This document shows, in pieces, positions 62,389-64,000 of a stretch of 64,000 nucleotides of DNA (the stretch's first letter is position 1; each line of letters starts with the position of its first letter). The notes beneath the pieces are model-generated. The model had not been told where the DNA came from and searched no databases. It was given only the letters and a program-made list of their open reading frames with translations. The stretch is taken from positions 94,361 to 158,360 of the forward strand of contig JAFVWM010000017.1 of assembly GCA_017501665.1 (NCBI GenBank), in the 5' to 3' direction. Origin of the DNA: Alphaproteobacteria bacterium (GTDB lineage: Bacteria > Pseudomonadota > Alphaproteobacteria > RF32 > CAG-239). Both the position numbers and the translations under genes were made by a program.

Positions 62389-62905
62389 TGGCTTCCATCT
62401 CCAACAAGGATAATACTTCAGCATCATCAAAGGCTTCATTCTCTTTGGCAATGTCGTAAGCTATCTTTCCTTCGTGGTTCTTGATGCTGCAATCAGTAAC
62501 TTGAAACAAGTTCCAAACAACATCCATACGCATTGATACTTGCGGATGACCTAAAGCAATCATCAATGGAGTGTTGCCATCTTCATCTTGAGCATTTGGA
62601 TTAGCTCCGTTGTCAATTAAGAGCTGCAAGCAGTCATAAGAGCTACGATAGCGTGCTGCAATGTGCAGCGGTGTCTTTCCGTGCTTGTTGGCTTTATCCA
62701 CCCTTGCTCCATACTTGAGGAACTTGGCAAGAATCTCTGGGTCGCAATGCTCCTTGCATACCCACATAAATGGTGTCCATCCGTGATGATTATACGGAAG
62801 GTTAGTATTAACACCCTTTTCTAATAGCTCATCAATAGTTGTGAAATCGTCATTGCGTAATGCGTGCATTAACTGCAAGCGCAAAGCATCTTGAATATTA
62901 CTCAT
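62381..62905 (-). CDS. Ankyrin-repeat protein (174 aa, ~4 ANK repeats)
   Basis: ANK consensus GWTPFMWVCKEH..., HGKTPLHIAARYRSSYDCLQLLIDNGANPNAQDEDGNTPLMIAL; AAAAGGAGA SD; GC clearly above neighbours. Confidence 0.8.
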   Translation of the reverse strand: MSNIQDALRLQLMHALRNDDFTTIDELLEKGVNTNLPYNHHGWTPFMWVCKEHCDPEILAKFLKYGARVDKANKHGKTPLHIAARYRSSYDCLQLLIDNGANPNAQDEDGNTPLMIALGHPQVSMRMDVVWNLFQVTDCSIKNHEGKIAYDIAKENEAFDDAEVLSLLEMEANE

Positions 62906-63115
62906 TTTAAATCTCCTTTTAGCCCGTTGTAGCAGGGCAAGTTGGTTAATAAATCCGCTTTCAAGAAGATTTAAACATACCAGAATCGGCTTGTCAAGCC
63001 TGAAAATGCTGGTAACTGGTTGTTTTCAGGTAATTTATTTTAAATACAAGAGGTTAGACAATGAAAAAAGTTTTCATAAATAATTATGAAACTATGAATT
63101 AAGTATAGGAGAACT

Positions 63116-63436
63116 ATGATGAAAGTATTGATTGAAACCATTAAGAACCGCAAAGGATACAAGCATTTCAAAGATGAAGATGCTATGAATGACTACCTTT
63201 CAAAGCATTGTAAGAATATTGCCAGCTATGAAATACTCAATGAATACGATGTAGCTGTTGATGAGACTAATGAAATGCTCCAATCATTCCTAGATGATTG
63301 TGAGACTATACATAACAAGCTGTTTTGGTTATTCAGACAACACGAGCATATAGACGAGAAGTATTCTTTGAAACTGCTATATGCTGCGGGTCGTCTCTAT
63401 GATGGTATGAGTGCTATTAAGAAGTGCTTGAGATAA
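63116..63436 (+). CDS. Hypothetical protein (106 aa)
   Basis: TAGGAGAA SD, ATGATG start; no recognisable domain. Confidence 0.45.
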   Translation: MMKVLIETIKNRKGYKHFKDEDAMNDYLSKHCKNIASYEILNEYDVAVDETNEMLQSFLDDCETIHNKLFWLFRQHEHIDEKYSLKLLYAAGRLYDGMSAIKKCLR

Positions 63437-63438
63437 CG

Positions 63439-63900
63439 TTATTTGCGAGTCTGCTTTTTCTTTTCCGCTGCTTCTCTTTTTTTCTTTTCTTTCATCCGTT
63501 CCAAGTTACGATTCCACACGTCTTGATTGATAATGCTAGCAAGTGATATCTGACCAGTTCTTTCTGATACACGCACAGATACATCATTGTCTTCATATTC
63601 CCTTGCAAGGTATAATGCTCTATCAACACATTTCTTAAAATGACAATCAATATAATCCATTGCAACAGCCCATCTTGAGTTACTACCCGATGAATTGAAA
63701 TCTTTACTTACTGCTTTACTCCAAAGAAATACCTCATCTTCATCAAGGTTATACTTATTGCAAATATTCCTAAAGAAAGTTAATAGTTTAGGCGTGTTTC
63801 TCAACGATGGTCCTTCTACCATAAATCTTTCAACATAACCCTTTAAATTGGGAAATTGTTCTAATTGCTCTTTTTGACTTTTAGTTAAATTGTATGACAT
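63439..63900 (-). CDS. Hypothetical protein (153 aa) with K/E-rich C-terminal tail
   Basis: ATG 63900 (MSYNLTKSQ) with TTAAGGAGAAG SD preferred over the track's longer start. Confidence 0.5.
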   Translation of the reverse strand: MSYNLTKSQKEQLEQFPNLKGYVERFMVEGPSLRNTPKLLTFFRNICNKYNLDEDEVFLWSKAVSKDFNSSGSNSRWAVAMDYIDCHFKKCVDRALYLAREYEDNDVSVRVSERTGQISLASIINQDVWNRNLERMKEKKKREAAEKKKQTRK

Positions 63901-64000
63901 CTTACTTCTCCTTAACAATGGTTTATGTATGAGGTAAGAATAAAGCACCTATTAAAGAAAATCAAGAAAACCAATGAATTTATACTATTGTCTTGTTGGT

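Noticed and set aside
62389-62451. Track start of the DUF3768 ORF at 62451
   Set aside because: The codon there is TTG (the track evidently lists TTG/GTG starts as M), and it would give a 70-nt out-of-frame overlap with the ankyrin gene. The downstream ATG at 62388 with a GGAG/GGAAG SD matches the usual ~110-aa length of the family.

Overview
This 64-kb window reads as a chromosomal segment from an AT-rich (roughly 30-35% GC by eye) alphaproteobacterium, most likely an obligate intracellular Rickettsiales- or Holosporales-like symbiont. The lineage call rests on a DUF2312/GapR protein, a three-gene pntAA-pntAB-pntB transhydrogenase, a Rickettsia-like RpoC N-terminus, and ankyrin-repeat and pentapeptide-repeat proteins. 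Most of the window is tightly packed housekeeping genes (listed under features); three core blocks stand out: cdd, PNP, deoC and deoA form an overlapping-codon nucleoside-salvage block with deoB-pyk on the opposite strand nearby, and chrA is a split pair. The usual ribosomal-protein neighbours of rpoB/rpoC are missing, and a 727-aa lysine-rich hypothetical with its own consensus promoter sits between rpoB and an orphan rplQ. Accessory content: (i) an orphan VirD4/TraG/TraD-type type-IV coupling protein co-transcribed with a pentapeptide-repeat protein that carries a basic C-terminal tail; (ii) a ~124-bp tandem repeat directly downstream of rpoC that duplicates the rpoC 3' end plus a long stem-loop; (iii) a 3'-terminal region (about 57.4-64.0 kb) of hypothetical genes, a secreted staphylococcal-nuclease-like lipoprotein behind a highly structured leader, ~100-bp direct repeats each carrying a terminator hairpin, and a higher-GC island encoding a plasmid-associated DUF3768 protein translationally coupled to an ankyrin-repeat protein. 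No rRNA, tRNA, CRISPR array or transposase was found. The supplied ORF track evidently uses TTG/GTG as well as ATG starts, so several starts were re-placed on ATG plus Shine-Dalgarno evidence. Every family assignment rests on motifs read from the translations and has not been checked against any database.
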